Source of the DNA: Patescibacteria group bacterium | GTDB taxonomy: Bacteria > Patescibacteriota > Microgenomatia > Daviesbacterales > UBA10151 | Direction of reading: 5' to 3' | NCBI GenBank assembly: GCA_943356485.1 | Contig: CALRFD010000003.1 | Span: forward strand, 7,702-71,701 | DNA length: 64,000 nucleotides | Shown: positions 1 through 9,033 of the stretch, piece by piece | Layout of the letters: every line of letters begins with the position of its first letter | How positions within the stretch are numbered: position 1 is the stretch's first letter | Made by a program: the position numbers and the translations under genes | The notes under the pieces: generated by a model | Seen by the model: the letters and a program-made list of their open reading frames with translations, nothing else | What the model was told of the DNA's origin: nothing | The model's database searches: none

Positions 1-2
1 AA

Positions 3-2468
3 ATGGCAGAGCATTCAGGTAAGAAGGGGATTAGGGTAATGATTATAGCTCCTGTTATTAAGGATAGAAAAGGCGAATATAGTTCAACTTTTGAAGACTT
101 TAGGAAAAGGGGATTTTCTAAGGTGAGAATAGATGGACTAGTCAGGGATCTTTCAGAAGATTTGGTTTTGATAAAAACAAACAAACATACGGTTGATTTA
201 GTGGTAGATCGCTTAGTATTGGAGAAAAAAACTGTTCATGAACAACAAATGAGTTCAAGATTATCTCAAAGTATTGAAACAGCACTCAAAATGGGCGAAG
301 GGTCAGTTATTGTTTCAGAGGTTCTAGATTCCTCTCTGGAATTTCCACAAAATCCGAAAAAAATGGAGGACCATTTATACTCTGAAAGATTTGCTTGTCC
401 GGTTGATAATGTTGCTCTATCAGAAATTGAGCCTAGACTTTTATCTTTTAACTCTCCTCATGGAGCTTGTCCTACCTGCTCTGGATTAGGTACGCTTTTG
501 GAGATTGATGAAACAATGGTTTTAAATCCGATCCTTTCTATTGATGAAGGAGGAATTTTGCCCTGGAACAAACTTGCAACTTCTGAAACCTGGTTCACCA
601 GACTTATTGAATCTGTAGGTAAGGAGTATGGATTTGATATGGGCACCAGGCTGGGTGAGCTTACGGCTGATGCTAAAAATATCCTACTTCATGGAGCCGG
701 AGAAAAAGAGTTTAAAGTGGAAGGAAAAAACAGATTAGGAAAGTGGACACATTTTTATGCAAGTTTTCCAGGTCTAATTGCGAATTTAAAAGAAAGATAT
801 GAAACTTCTGAATCTGATTTTGTCAAATCCGAGATTGAAAAATATATGTTTAAAGAGATTTGTCCTAAATGTATGGGAGCAAGACTTAAGGATGAGGCTT
901 TATCAATAACTATAGATGGGCTAAATATTGCAGAGGTTACCAGCCAATCGATTGTCCAGTGTCTAAATTGGATTAAGGGTATAGGTTTTTCGCAAAGAGA
1001 GGCGCAAATTGCTTCGTCGATTAATAAAGAAATTAAGTCCAGGCTGCAATTTTTAATTGATGTGGGTTTGGATTATCTTACCTTAGATAGAGCTGCTATG
1101 ACTCTGGCAGGCGGAGAAAGCCAAAGGATTAGGTTAGCTTCTCAAATTGGTTCAGGTTTATCCGGTGTTCTATATGTTTTAGATGAGCCTTCAATAGGTT
1201 TGCATCAAAGAGATAATACCCGGCTGATTGAAACTTTGAAAAAGCTAAGAGACTTAGGAAATACTGTTGTGGTAAATGAGCATGACAGTGAAACTATGGA
1301 AGCATCAGATCTAATGATCGAAATAGGTCCTGGGGCTGGTGAACATGGAGGACATATTGTGGCAATGGGAACACCGGAGGAAATTAAAAAAAACCCTAAA
1401 TCTTTAACCGGTCAGTATCTTTCCGGAAAAAAACAAGTCAAGGTGAGTTCGGAATTAAAAAAAGAACTGGAGGATATGGGGAGTCTAAAACTAATTGGAG
1501 CTTCAGAGCATAATTTAAAAAATATTAATGTGAGCTTTCCTTTGGGTAAGTTTGTAGCAATTACAGGAGTATCAGGTTCAGGAAAATCAACCCTTATCCA
1601 TGATATTCTGTATCGGGCACTGGCTCAAAAAGTATATAAATCAAAAGAAAGGCCAGGAAATTTTAAAGCTTTAGAAGGATTGGAAAATATAGATAAGGTT
1701 GTTTTGGTTGACCAATCCCCAATTGGTAGAACTCCCCGCTCTAATCCTGCAACCTACACAGGAGCATTTAGCTTTATAAGAGAGTTGTTTGCCCAGTCTC
1801 CAGAGGCGAAAGTAAGGGGTTATGGGCCGGGCAGATTTTCTTTTAATGTAAAAGGGGGAAGGTGTGAGGTTTGTGAGGGTGAAGGGCAGCTTAAAATTGA
1901 GATGCAGTTTTTGCCTGATGTATATGTAACTTGCGAGGCATGTATGGGGGCTAGGTATAACAGGGAAGCTTTAGAGATTCATTTTAAAGATAAAAATATT
2001 TCCGAGGTTTTAGATATGACGGTAGAGGTTGGACTAAAGTTTTTTGAGAATGTGCCATATATAAAAAATAAACTGCAAGTTTTAAATGATGTAGGCTTGG
2101 GTTATATCCGTTTAGGTCAACCGGCGCCAACTCTATCCGGGGGCGAGGCTCAAAGGATTAAGTTATCTTCAGAGCTTTCAAAAAGACCTACCGGGCATAC
2201 AATCTATATTTTGGACGAACCAACAACCGGCTTGCACTTTGCTGATATCGAGAGACTACTTAATATTTTAAGAAAGCTGGTAAATTACGGAAATAGTGTG
2301 GTGATTATTGAGCATAATTTAGATGTGATAAAAAATGTAGATTGGATTATAGACTTAGGGCCTGAAGGCGGGGATAAGGGTGGTTCTATTTTGGGTGAGG
2401 GAACTCCGGAAGATATCGCCAAAATAAAGTCCTCCTATACCGGTCAATATCTGGCCAAAATTATTTAG
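3..2468 (+). CDS. uvrA: Excinuclease ABC subunit A (UvrA), 5'-truncated by the window edge
   Basis: Zinc finger CPTCSGLG, ABC signature motifs LAGGESQRIRLASQ and LSGGEAQRIKLS, Walker A GVSGSGKST, Walker B ILDEPTTGLH. The ORF is open to position 3. Confidence 0.95.
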   Translation: MAEHSGKKGIRVMIIAPVIKDRKGEYSSTFEDFRKRGFSKVRIDGLVRDLSEDLVLIKTNKHTVDLVVDRLVLEKKTVHEQQMSSRLSQSIETALKMGEGSVIVSEVLDSSLEFPQNPKKMEDHLYSERFACPVDNVALSEIEPRLLSFNSPHGACPTCSGLGTLLEIDETMVLNPILSIDEGGILPWNKLATSETWFTRLIESVGKEYGFDMGTRLGELTADAKNILLHGAGEKEFKVEGKNRLGKWTHFYASFPGLIANLKERYETSESDFVKSEIEKYMFKEICPKCMGARLKDEALSITIDGLNIAEVTSQSIVQCLNWIKGIGFSQREAQIASSINKEIKSRLQFLIDVGLDYLTLDRAAMTLAGGESQRIRLASQIGSGLSGVLYVLDEPSIGLHQRDNTRLIETLKKLRDLGNTVVVNEHDSETMEASDLMIEIGPGAGEHGGHIVAMGTPEEIKKNPKSLTGQYLSGKKQVKVSSELKKELEDMGSLKLIGASEHNLKNINVSFPLGKFVAITGVSGSGKSTLIHDILYRALAQKVYKSKERPGNFKALEGLENIDKVVLVDQSPIGRTPRSNPATYTGAFSFIRELFAQSPEAKVRGYGPGRFSFNVKGGRCEVCEGEGQLKIEMQFLPDVYVTCEACMGARYNREALEIHFKDKNISEVLDMTVEVGLKFFENVPYIKNKLQVLNDVGLGYIRLGQPAPTLSGGEAQRIKLSSELSKRPTGHTIYILDEPTTGLHFADIERLLNILRKLVNYGNSVVIIEHNLDVIKNVDWIIDLGPEGGDKGGSILGEGTPEDIAKIKSSYTGQYLAKII

Positions 2469-2538
2469 TTACCTCCCCAAGGTTACGGCTTGGATTTTTA
2501 GTTAGCTTAAGTAAACTGTTTTTGCTACAATATTTACA

Positions 2539-4461
2539 ATGTTTAAGAAGCTGTTTCATATTACCTTATCGATTTTATTTCTGCTGTTTAGTATAAATTG
2601 TACCCTGTCTAATAGCTTTGCTGCTGAAAACCTGTCAGCCGCCAAACAGGACTTTGGTACTTCTTATAACGTAACTTATGATGTGGGAGAAGATGGCGTA
2701 ACGACTGTTAGTGAAAAGATCACCTTAAAAAATTTAACCAGTCAGTATTACGCTTCTTCCTTTAAACTAATTATCGGCGCAACCCAAATTTCCGATATTA
2801 AAGCCTCAGATGATGGTGGTTTGATGGAGGTAAACTCAAAGCAGGAGAATAGTTCAACTGTCATTAACGTTAAGTTTAACCAGCAAGTTGTAGGTCTTGG
2901 AAAAAGCTTATCCTGGACTCTTCAATTTAAATCCAGGGATTTTGCTGAAAAGATCGGAAAGGTCTGGGAAGTAAGAGCACCAAAAGTTTCAACCTCTACA
3001 AATCTGGAAAGCTATAATTTAACAATTTCTGTTCCTTTGAGTTTTGGCGAACCTACTTTAATAAGCCCAATCCCCAGGAGTCAGGTAACTTCAAATGGAA
3101 AAGTGCTTTTAAGCTTTGAAAAACCGCAGCTGATCTCTTCAGGTGTCTCCGCGAATTTTGGAAATATACAACTTTTTAATTTTGATTTAGCCTACCATTT
3201 GGAAAATAATAATCTGGTATCAATTCTGACTAATATAGCTCTTCCTCCAGATACAGCTTTTCAGGATATTTTGTTCCAAAAAATCGACCCGAAGCCCCTT
3301 AATGTAACTTTGGATGATGATGGAAATTATTTAGCTTGGTATCGGCTTTCAAGAGGTCAAAGAGTTGATGTTAGGGTTCTTGGTTCCTCCAGGCTTTATA
3401 CAGATTCCAAGGTTAAAAACCCTGTCTTATCAGATAGCTTGAGAAAAAAATATACCCAGTCAGATAAATACTGGGAAAAAGATAATCCGGAGATCTCTGC
3501 AAAACTGGCTGAAATATTAGGAAATAACCCCAAGCTGGAACCTTTGAAAAAAGTGGAATTAATATACAGATATGTTGTAAATAATTTAAAGTATGATTCC
3601 ACCAGGCTTAATGATGATAATCTGGAAAGATTAGGGGCTGTAACGGTTTTAAACAATCCAACTCAGGCTGTATGTATGGAATTTAGCGACCTTTTTATAG
3701 CTCTTGCCAGGGCTGCTGGAATTCCTGCAAGGGAGCTTGACGGGTATGCTTATACTTCCAATTCCATACTTCGCCCGCTTTCTCTTTCAAAAGACATCCT
3801 GCATGCCTGGCCGCAGTATTGGGATGATAAAAAAGGGTGGATAATGGTTGATCCGACCTGGGAAAATACAACAGGTGGGGTGGACTATTTCTCAAAGTTT
3901 GACTTAAGCCATCTTGTTTTTGCAATTAAGGGATCTTCCTCTACTCAACCGATTGCCGCCGGTTCTTATAAGTATTTTGGAGTGGATTCAAAGGATGTAG
4001 CTGTGATGCTGTCAGATGTTGATTTTTTGGGTGGACCTAAGCTGGATGTTAACCTGGATATAGCCAACCCGCTTTTAGCCGGTTTTCCGGGTAAATTAAA
4101 GGTTACTGTTAGGAATACAGGTAATTCAGTACTTAGCTCAAGAGACCTTGTTCTAAAAAGCAGCAAGCTTTTAATTGTTGGGGGGGATAAACAAAGATTG
4201 GGTGATATTCCGGCTTTTGGTTCGGCCGCCTTCGATATAAATATAAGAACTAAATCACTTTTTGATTCATATAGCGATCAGATAATAGCTCAACTGGGAA
4301 CAGAAAAATTTATCAAGGATATAGCGATCAAGCCGTTTTTCGCTTTTGCAGTAGTTCCAATAATGATTGCTGCAATGATTTTTGCAATCAGCGCAATATA
4401 TCTGGCTGTATTAGGGTTTCATTTCTATCAGGCTAGGGGTAATAAAAAGAAGAATGGTTAA
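2539..4461 (+). CDS. Secreted/membrane-anchored transglutaminase-like (Cys-His-Asp) domain protein
   Basis: N-terminal signal peptide and C-terminal TM helix. Triad context QAVCMEFSDLF ... LHAWPQYW ... MVDPTWEN is typical of the transglutaminase-like superfamily. Confidence 0.6.
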   Translation: MFKKLFHITLSILFLLFSINCTLSNSFAAENLSAAKQDFGTSYNVTYDVGEDGVTTVSEKITLKNLTSQYYASSFKLIIGATQISDIKASDDGGLMEVNSKQENSSTVINVKFNQQVVGLGKSLSWTLQFKSRDFAEKIGKVWEVRAPKVSTSTNLESYNLTISVPLSFGEPTLISPIPRSQVTSNGKVLLSFEKPQLISSGVSANFGNIQLFNFDLAYHLENNNLVSILTNIALPPDTAFQDILFQKIDPKPLNVTLDDDGNYLAWYRLSRGQRVDVRVLGSSRLYTDSKVKNPVLSDSLRKKYTQSDKYWEKDNPEISAKLAEILGNNPKLEPLKKVELIYRYVVNNLKYDSTRLNDDNLERLGAVTVLNNPTQAVCMEFSDLFIALARAAGIPARELDGYAYTSNSILRPLSLSKDILHAWPQYWDDKKGWIMVDPTWENTTGGVDYFSKFDLSHLVFAIKGSSSTQPIAAGSYKYFGVDSKDVAVMLSDVDFLGGPKLDVNLDIANPLLAGFPGKLKVTVRNTGNSVLSSRDLVLKSSKLLIVGGDKQRLGDIPAFGSAAFDINIRTKSLFDSYSDQIIAQLGTEKFIKDIAIKPFFAFAVVPIMIAAMIFAISAIYLAVLGFHFYQARGNKKKNG

Positions 4462-5707
4462 TTATTGGCTTAATTTCAAAACAAAGATACCTCACAAATC
4501 TGGCGTTTATATTTATAAAGATAAGAATGGAGATATTCTTTATATCGGCAAAGCAATAGATCTATATCACCGGGTGGCCTCCTATTTTAACAGTAATGTT
4601 ACTCAAAAAACAGCTGCACTGGTTGAAAAAATTTCTGATATTCAAACCATAACCGTTGAATCTGAGCTTGAAGCCTTAATTTTAGAGGCAAATCTAATAA
4701 AAAAACATCTGCCGCCTTTTAATGTGCGGTTACTGGACGATAAAGACTATCTTTATATAGGAATAACAGATGAAGACTTTCCAAAGGTTAGTACTTTAAG
4801 AAGAATGGATCTAAAGAAGATGAAAAAATACTGGGGACCATTTCCTTCCAGCAGAACTGTAAAAAGTACTCTGAAGCAACTAAGAAAAGTCTTTCCTTGG
4901 TGTTCAGCCACACAAGGCGACGCCTTGCGTGCGTGTTTTTACTATCATCTGGGTCTATGTCCTGGTGCTTGTGTGGGCTTAATTTCAAAGCAGGATTATA
5001 ATAAAATTATCAGGAATTTTTCTAAATTTTTGGATGGTAGAAAAGAAGAGTTAGTGAAGGAGCTTACTGAACAGATGTTAAAGTCTTCTTCAAAACAGAA
5101 TTTTGAGCAGGCAGGGCGGATTAAAAAAATACTTGGGGGGATAAATTACATGACTCAAACAAACAGGGTAACATTATATCTTGAGAATCCTAACTTCTTG
5201 GAAGATGAAAATAATGAGGCTTTAAAACAGCTGAAAGAAGATTTGAATTTACCTAGTCTTCCGGAAAGAATTGAAGGGTATGATATTTCCAATATTTCCG
5301 GTAAAGAGGCTGTTGGATCAATGGTTGTTTTAACAAATGGCGAGATAGACAAATCCCAATATAGGAGATTTAAAATACATATTAGCGGTAAACCAAATGA
5401 CGTCGGTATGCATAAAGAAATGATAAGACGCCGTTTAAAGCACACTGAATGGAAATTCCCCGACTTGATAATAGTTGATGGGGGCTTAGGTCAAGTCCGC
5501 GGTGTTAACTATGAACTGCAAACTGCCAACTGTAAACTACCTGTATTTGGTCTGGCCAAAAGGATGGAGTGGTTATATCCCCCGGAAGGAGAAATCATAA
5601 AACTACCCAGGAAGAGTCTGTCTTTAAAACTTTTGCAGAAGTTAAGGGATGAATCCCACAGATTTGCAATTACCTATCACCGAAAGCTACGTGATAAGAT
5701 TAAGTAA
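4454..5707 (+). CDS. uvrC: UvrC-like excinuclease, short form (GIY-YIG plus UvrC endonuclease domain, no C-terminal HhH)
   Basis: GIY-YIG block GVYIYKDKNGDILYIGKAIDLYHRVASYF and C-terminal RNaseH-like EGYDISNISG region. It is 417 aa versus about 600 aa for canonical UvrC. The start overlaps the upstream gene's stop. Confidence 0.8.
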   Translation: MVNYWLNFKTKIPHKSGVYIYKDKNGDILYIGKAIDLYHRVASYFNSNVTQKTAALVEKISDIQTITVESELEALILEANLIKKHLPPFNVRLLDDKDYLYIGITDEDFPKVSTLRRMDLKKMKKYWGPFPSSRTVKSTLKQLRKVFPWCSATQGDALRACFYYHLGLCPGACVGLISKQDYNKIIRNFSKFLDGRKEELVKELTEQMLKSSSKQNFEQAGRIKKILGGINYMTQTNRVTLYLENPNFLEDENNEALKQLKEDLNLPSLPERIEGYDISNISGKEAVGSMVVLTNGEIDKSQYRRFKIHISGKPNDVGMHKEMIRRRLKHTEWKFPDLIIVDGGLGQVRGVNYELQTANCKLPVFGLAKRMEWLYPPEGEIIKLPRKSLSLKLLQKLRDESHRFAITYHRKLRDKIK

Positions 5708-5708
5708 T

Positions 5709-6113
5709 ATGAAAACTTTATTGCGTTACTTTTTAATAAATCTGGTTTCGCTCTATACAGCAACTAAATTAATTCCGGGTTTAGTTTATATAGGAGGAAT
5801 AAAAGCTCTGTTTATTGGGGCGCTTGTTTTTATGCTGATCAATTTTATATTAGTTCCTCTTCTTAAGATTTTATTTCTGCCGCTTAACCTGCTTACTCTG
5901 GGGTTATTTTCCTGGCTTATTAATGTCTTAGCTTTATATGCGCTAACTACTATTGTTTCTGACTTTCAATTAATTCCTTATACATTTGCAGGCTTTTACA
6001 GTAGTGGGGGTTTTAGTATTCCTCCAATGGAATTATCTCCTTTCTGGGTTGCTGTAGTGGCTTCTCTTATTATTGGTTTTATTACCCATTTTCTACAATG
6101 GTTAGCGCACTAA
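5709..6113 (+). CDS. Small 4-TM membrane protein, YvlD/DUF360 (phage-holin-4 superfamily)-like
   Basis: Hydrophobic profile and an LIPG...G..ALF.GALVF.LIN.ILVPLL pattern like YvlD-type proteins. I chose the ATG at 5709 immediately after the uvrC stop, because the ORF-track start at 5649 overlaps uvrC. Confidence 0.5.
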   Translation: MKTLLRYFLINLVSLYTATKLIPGLVYIGGIKALFIGALVFMLINFILVPLLKILFLPLNLLTLGLFSWLINVLALYALTTIVSDFQLIPYTFAGFYSSGGFSIPPMELSPFWVAVVASLIIGFITHFLQWLAH

Positions 6114-6136
6114 CTTAGTGATATAATAATATCCTC

Positions 6137-6352
6137 ATGAAGCCGGTAGTCTCGCTTGTACAAATTATATTAGGGATACTTCTTATTTTAGTAATTATTA
6201 TTCAACAAAAGGGATCAGGTCTGGGATCAGCTTTTGGAGCGGATTTAGGTTTCTATAGAACAAAAAGAGGAGCCGAGAAACTCCTTTTTTATACTACCAT
6301 TGGGTTGTCTGTGGCTTTTATTATTTCTTCTCTTGTTGGCCTAGCCATCTAA
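6137..6352 (+). CDS. secG: Preprotein translocase subunit SecG
   Basis: 71 aa with two TM segments. LILVIIIQQKGSGLGSAFG matches the SecG glycine-rich signature. Confidence 0.7.
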   Translation: MKPVVSLVQIILGILLILVIIIQQKGSGLGSAFGADLGFYRTKRGAEKLLFYTTIGLSVAFIISSLVGLAI

Positions 6353-6354
6353 AA

Positions 6355-7770
6355 ATGAAAAATTTCTTCAATATAAGATCTTTGAGGCTTTATCTCCTCA
6401 TCTTAGTAGAATATATAAAACGTCATAATAAATACTTTCTGGCTGTATTTGTAGCAGTATTTATTGTTTTAATAGCTCAGTTTAAGTTTAATTTTCTGTT
6501 CGATAATAATAGTATTAGAATTGGCTTAATTGGTACTTATCAGGAACACGATCTTCCATTTGAAGTTACAAAGCTCATATCTACTTCTTTGGTCACTACC
6601 GACGCAAATAACAGGATCAAACCAAATTTGGTTACGGGCTGGGAAAGTAATGCAGATGCAACGGTGTATAAGTTCAAATTAAAGGATAATTTAAAATGGT
6701 CTGATGGAAGTTTGATTAATTCATCGGATATAGGCTTCTCCATTCCTGACGTCGTGGTTTCTTATCCAGATAATAAAACTATACAGTTTAACCTGAAGGA
6801 TTCTTATCCGCCATTTCCCTCACTTCTGGCTAGCCCGATATTTAAAAAGGGTACACTCTTAGGTATAGGTCCATATAAAATTTCCAAAATAGAAAAGTCC
6901 CGGATATTTATTACAAAGATTACCCTAACTCCCTCTGATCCGGTTGCCCCAAAAATATATGTACGTTTTTATCCAAACGAGAGTGTTGGCGCAACTGGTT
7001 TCTCCTTGGGAGAAGTTGAAGCCTTATTTGGTATAAATAACCTTAAGGCCTTACCGGATAATCCGATTCTAGGACTGAAGCAAAAAACAGATTTTAGTAA
7101 AATAGTAACCGTATTTTTCTCGATGGCAGACTCTTTAGTAGGCGGTAAAAACAGATCTTTGCGTCAGGCGCTAAGCTATATTAGTCCACAAATAAAAAAT
7201 GAGGAAGTGGCTGATAATCCTTACCCACCAACTTCCTGGGCGTATGATAAAAATGCTAAAAAATATTTAAATAACGAAACAGAAGCAAAATCGGCTTTGG
7301 AGAGGGCTAAGTCTCAAATTCCTGTTGATAAAATTCACTCCGAAATAGTCTTAACAACAACCCCTAATTTAGAAAGCGTTGCGAATGAAATTATTAATTC
7401 ATGGAGGAGTTTAGGGCTTAACGTAAGAGTCAGGGTAGAATCAGGTGTTCCGCAAAACTTTCAAGCTCTTTTAATACTTCAGAGTATTCCTTCCGACCCT
7501 GACCAATATACACTCTGGCATGCTACCCAGACAAAGACGAATATCTCAAAAGTAGATGTTAAAAGGATAGATAAGGATTTAGAAGATGCCAGAGGGAAAG
7601 AAGCCGGGGCGGAGGATTTTAGACAGATGAAATATTTTGATTTCCAAAAGGCATTACTAGAAGAAGCTCCGGCTATTTTTCTTTACTTTCCAAAATATAA
7701 TATATTCTATCTGAAAAAATCAGAACAGCTATTGCAAAAAGTATTAGATCTACAGCTTCCAAAACCATAA
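6355..7770 (+). CDS. Membrane-anchored solute-binding protein, ABC family 5 (peptide/nickel)-like
   Basis: N-terminal TM anchor. LKDNLKWSDGSLINSSDIGFSI resembles the SBP_bac_5 signature region. Confidence 0.55.
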   Translation: MKNFFNIRSLRLYLLILVEYIKRHNKYFLAVFVAVFIVLIAQFKFNFLFDNNSIRIGLIGTYQEHDLPFEVTKLISTSLVTTDANNRIKPNLVTGWESNADATVYKFKLKDNLKWSDGSLINSSDIGFSIPDVVVSYPDNKTIQFNLKDSYPPFPSLLASPIFKKGTLLGIGPYKISKIEKSRIFITKITLTPSDPVAPKIYVRFYPNESVGATGFSLGEVEALFGINNLKALPDNPILGLKQKTDFSKIVTVFFSMADSLVGGKNRSLRQALSYISPQIKNEEVADNPYPPTSWAYDKNAKKYLNNETEAKSALERAKSQIPVDKIHSEIVLTTTPNLESVANEIINSWRSLGLNVRVRVESGVPQNFQALLILQSIPSDPDQYTLWHATQTKTNISKVDVKRIDKDLEDARGKEAGAEDFRQMKYFDFQKALLEEAPAIFLYFPKYNIFYLKKSEQLLQKVLDLQLPKP

Positions 7771-7785
7771 ATTTCAACCCAATTC

Positions 7786-7824
7786 CAACCCCAGGGGTTG
7801 ATTACCTTCAAACCCCGGGATTTT
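7786..7824. repeat. REP-like palindromes, family 1 (CAACCCCAGGGGTTG plus adjacent AAACCCCGGGATTT)
   Basis: Imperfect palindromes read directly. A third related copy sits at 17906-17924. Confidence 0.6.
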
Positions 7825-7862
7825 ATCTTGTAAAATTCTGGATTAAACTATAATATGAAAAT

Positions 7863-8534
7863 ATGCCCTACAGAAAAACTGCCATTGTTTCTGGCGAGGT
7901 ATATCATATTTTTAATAGAGGAATAGCCGGGGCACCAATATTTTCAACTACTAAAGATTTCTTGCGCTTCCTAGACTTAATAAATTATTACCGTTTTAGA
8001 GATACCCCGGTAAGTTTTTCCCAATTTAAAAAGATAAAGAAAGAGGATAGAGAAAAAATTTTAAGCAATTTAGTGAAAGAAAATAACCCGCAAATAGAAA
8101 TATTAGCATTTTGTTTAATGGATAATCACTTTCATTTTCTTTTAAAACAAATTCTAGATAAGGGGATAGCCAAATTTGTCAGCAATTTACAAAATGGCTA
8201 TGCTAAATATTTTAATGTAAAAACTGAAAGGTATGGACCATTATTTCAGCCCATGTTTAAATCTGTAAGAGTTGTAAAAAACGAGCAACTTCTTCATGTT
8301 TCAAGATACATACATTTAAATCCATCTACAGGTTATTTAGTAGAAATAAAAGATTTAGAAGAATACCCTTGGACATCGCTATCCAGTTATCTTAAAGAAA
8401 ACTTAGAATATCCTTTTGTAAGTACGGAATTTATCCTGGAATTTATGAGTAGAAAGAAGTATAAAGAATTTATATATGATCAGGCAGAGTATCAAAGGGA
8501 GTTGGCAAATATTAGACATCTGACCTTTGAATAA
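7863..8534 (+). CDS. RayT-like HUH tyrosine transposase (IS200/IS605 TnpA superfamily, REP-associated), paralog 1
   Basis: HUH motif MDNHFHFLL, conserved N-terminus YHIFNRG, C-terminal VSRYIHLNPSTGY catalytic-Tyr region. 223 aa. About 45% identical by eye to the 41193-41858 paralog. Confidence 0.8.
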   Translation: MPYRKTAIVSGEVYHIFNRGIAGAPIFSTTKDFLRFLDLINYYRFRDTPVSFSQFKKIKKEDREKILSNLVKENNPQIEILAFCLMDNHFHFLLKQILDKGIAKFVSNLQNGYAKYFNVKTERYGPLFQPMFKSVRVVKNEQLLHVSRYIHLNPSTGYLVEIKDLEEYPWTSLSSYLKENLEYPFVSTEFILEFMSRKKYKEFIYDQAEYQRELANIRHLTFE

Positions 8535-8550
8535 AAAAGATTCATTTCCT

Positions 8551-8584
8551 TGGGTTGGAAGCTATTTAACCCCTGGGGTTAATG
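8551..8584. repeat. REP family 1 copy, inverted relative to the 7787 copy (AAGCTATTTAACCCCTGGGGTTAATG)
   Basis: It is the reverse complement of the core of the upstream copy. It shares the 22-bp block AAGCTATTYAACCCCTGGGGTT with 17903-17924. Confidence 0.6.
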
Positions 8585-8616
8585 ATTGAAAAATCCATGC
8601 TATAATTTTTAGATAT

Positions 8617-9033
8617 ATGGGTGAAAAGTTGGGGCCTGCAGGAAGAAAAATAGAATGGGTGAGACTCCACCCGGATTATAGTCAAGGTGTCCATGGTACT
8701 GTATTAAAACCTAAAGAAGTTGATAGTACTCAAACAATAACTTTACTTCCTAAGGATGATATACAAAGGTCTTTAAGGTGGTTGACTGCCAACAGCACAA
8801 AAAAAGGGGCTCTTATTGGATTTGTCTGTGGACTGGGATTAGATATACTATCTGTTACCCATTTTGGTGGTTCTGTGTCTACCGAAACCGCATTTTATTA
8901 TGGCTTTTTTACTTTATTCCCAACACTTTTAGGAATATCAAGCGGCTTTGGCTTAGCTCAGGATAGAGACGGGTGGGCTAAAGGAAATTATCGGCTGGTT
9001 GATAAAAATCAGTCTCCAAATGTAAAAGCATAA
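8617..9033 (+). CDS. Hypothetical small membrane protein
   Basis: ORF with two hydrophobic segments. No recognisable motifs. Confidence 0.35.
   Translation: MGEKLGPAGRKIEWVRLHPDYSQGVHGTVLKPKEVDSTQTITLLPKDDIQRSLRWLTANSTKKGALIGFVCGLGLDILSVTHFGGSVSTETAFYYGFFTLFPTLLGISSGFGLAQDRDGWAKGNYRLVDKNQSPNVKA

Larger units (their letters stand above)
7786..8584. mobile_element. REP-RayT-REP unit (REPtron-like), family 1
   Basis: A RayT-like gene is flanked by inverted copies of the palindromic unit AACCCC(A/T)GGGGTT: 7787-7801 CAACCCCAGGGGTTG and 8566-8584 TTAACCCCTGGGGTTAATG. Confidence 0.65.

Noticed and set aside
458-646. Short antisense or out-of-frame ORFs embedded in long genes: 458-646, 3396-4166 set, 4788-5445 set, 12859-13995 set, 15165-15428, 18958-19161, 23558-23854, 24940-26456 set, 27878-28987 set, 37699-37905, 38221-38904 set, 46269-46553, 61320-61505, 62854-63231 and similar
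   Set aside because: They lie wholly inside well-supported genes on the opposite strand or another frame. Their composition reflects the host gene's codon structure, and they have no start context or motifs.
8598-8606. TGCTATAAT extended -10 upstream of the 8617 ORF
   Set aside because: It ends only about 11 nt before the annotated start codon and leaves no room for a ribosome-binding site. It is a possible leaderless promoter but too uncertain to call.
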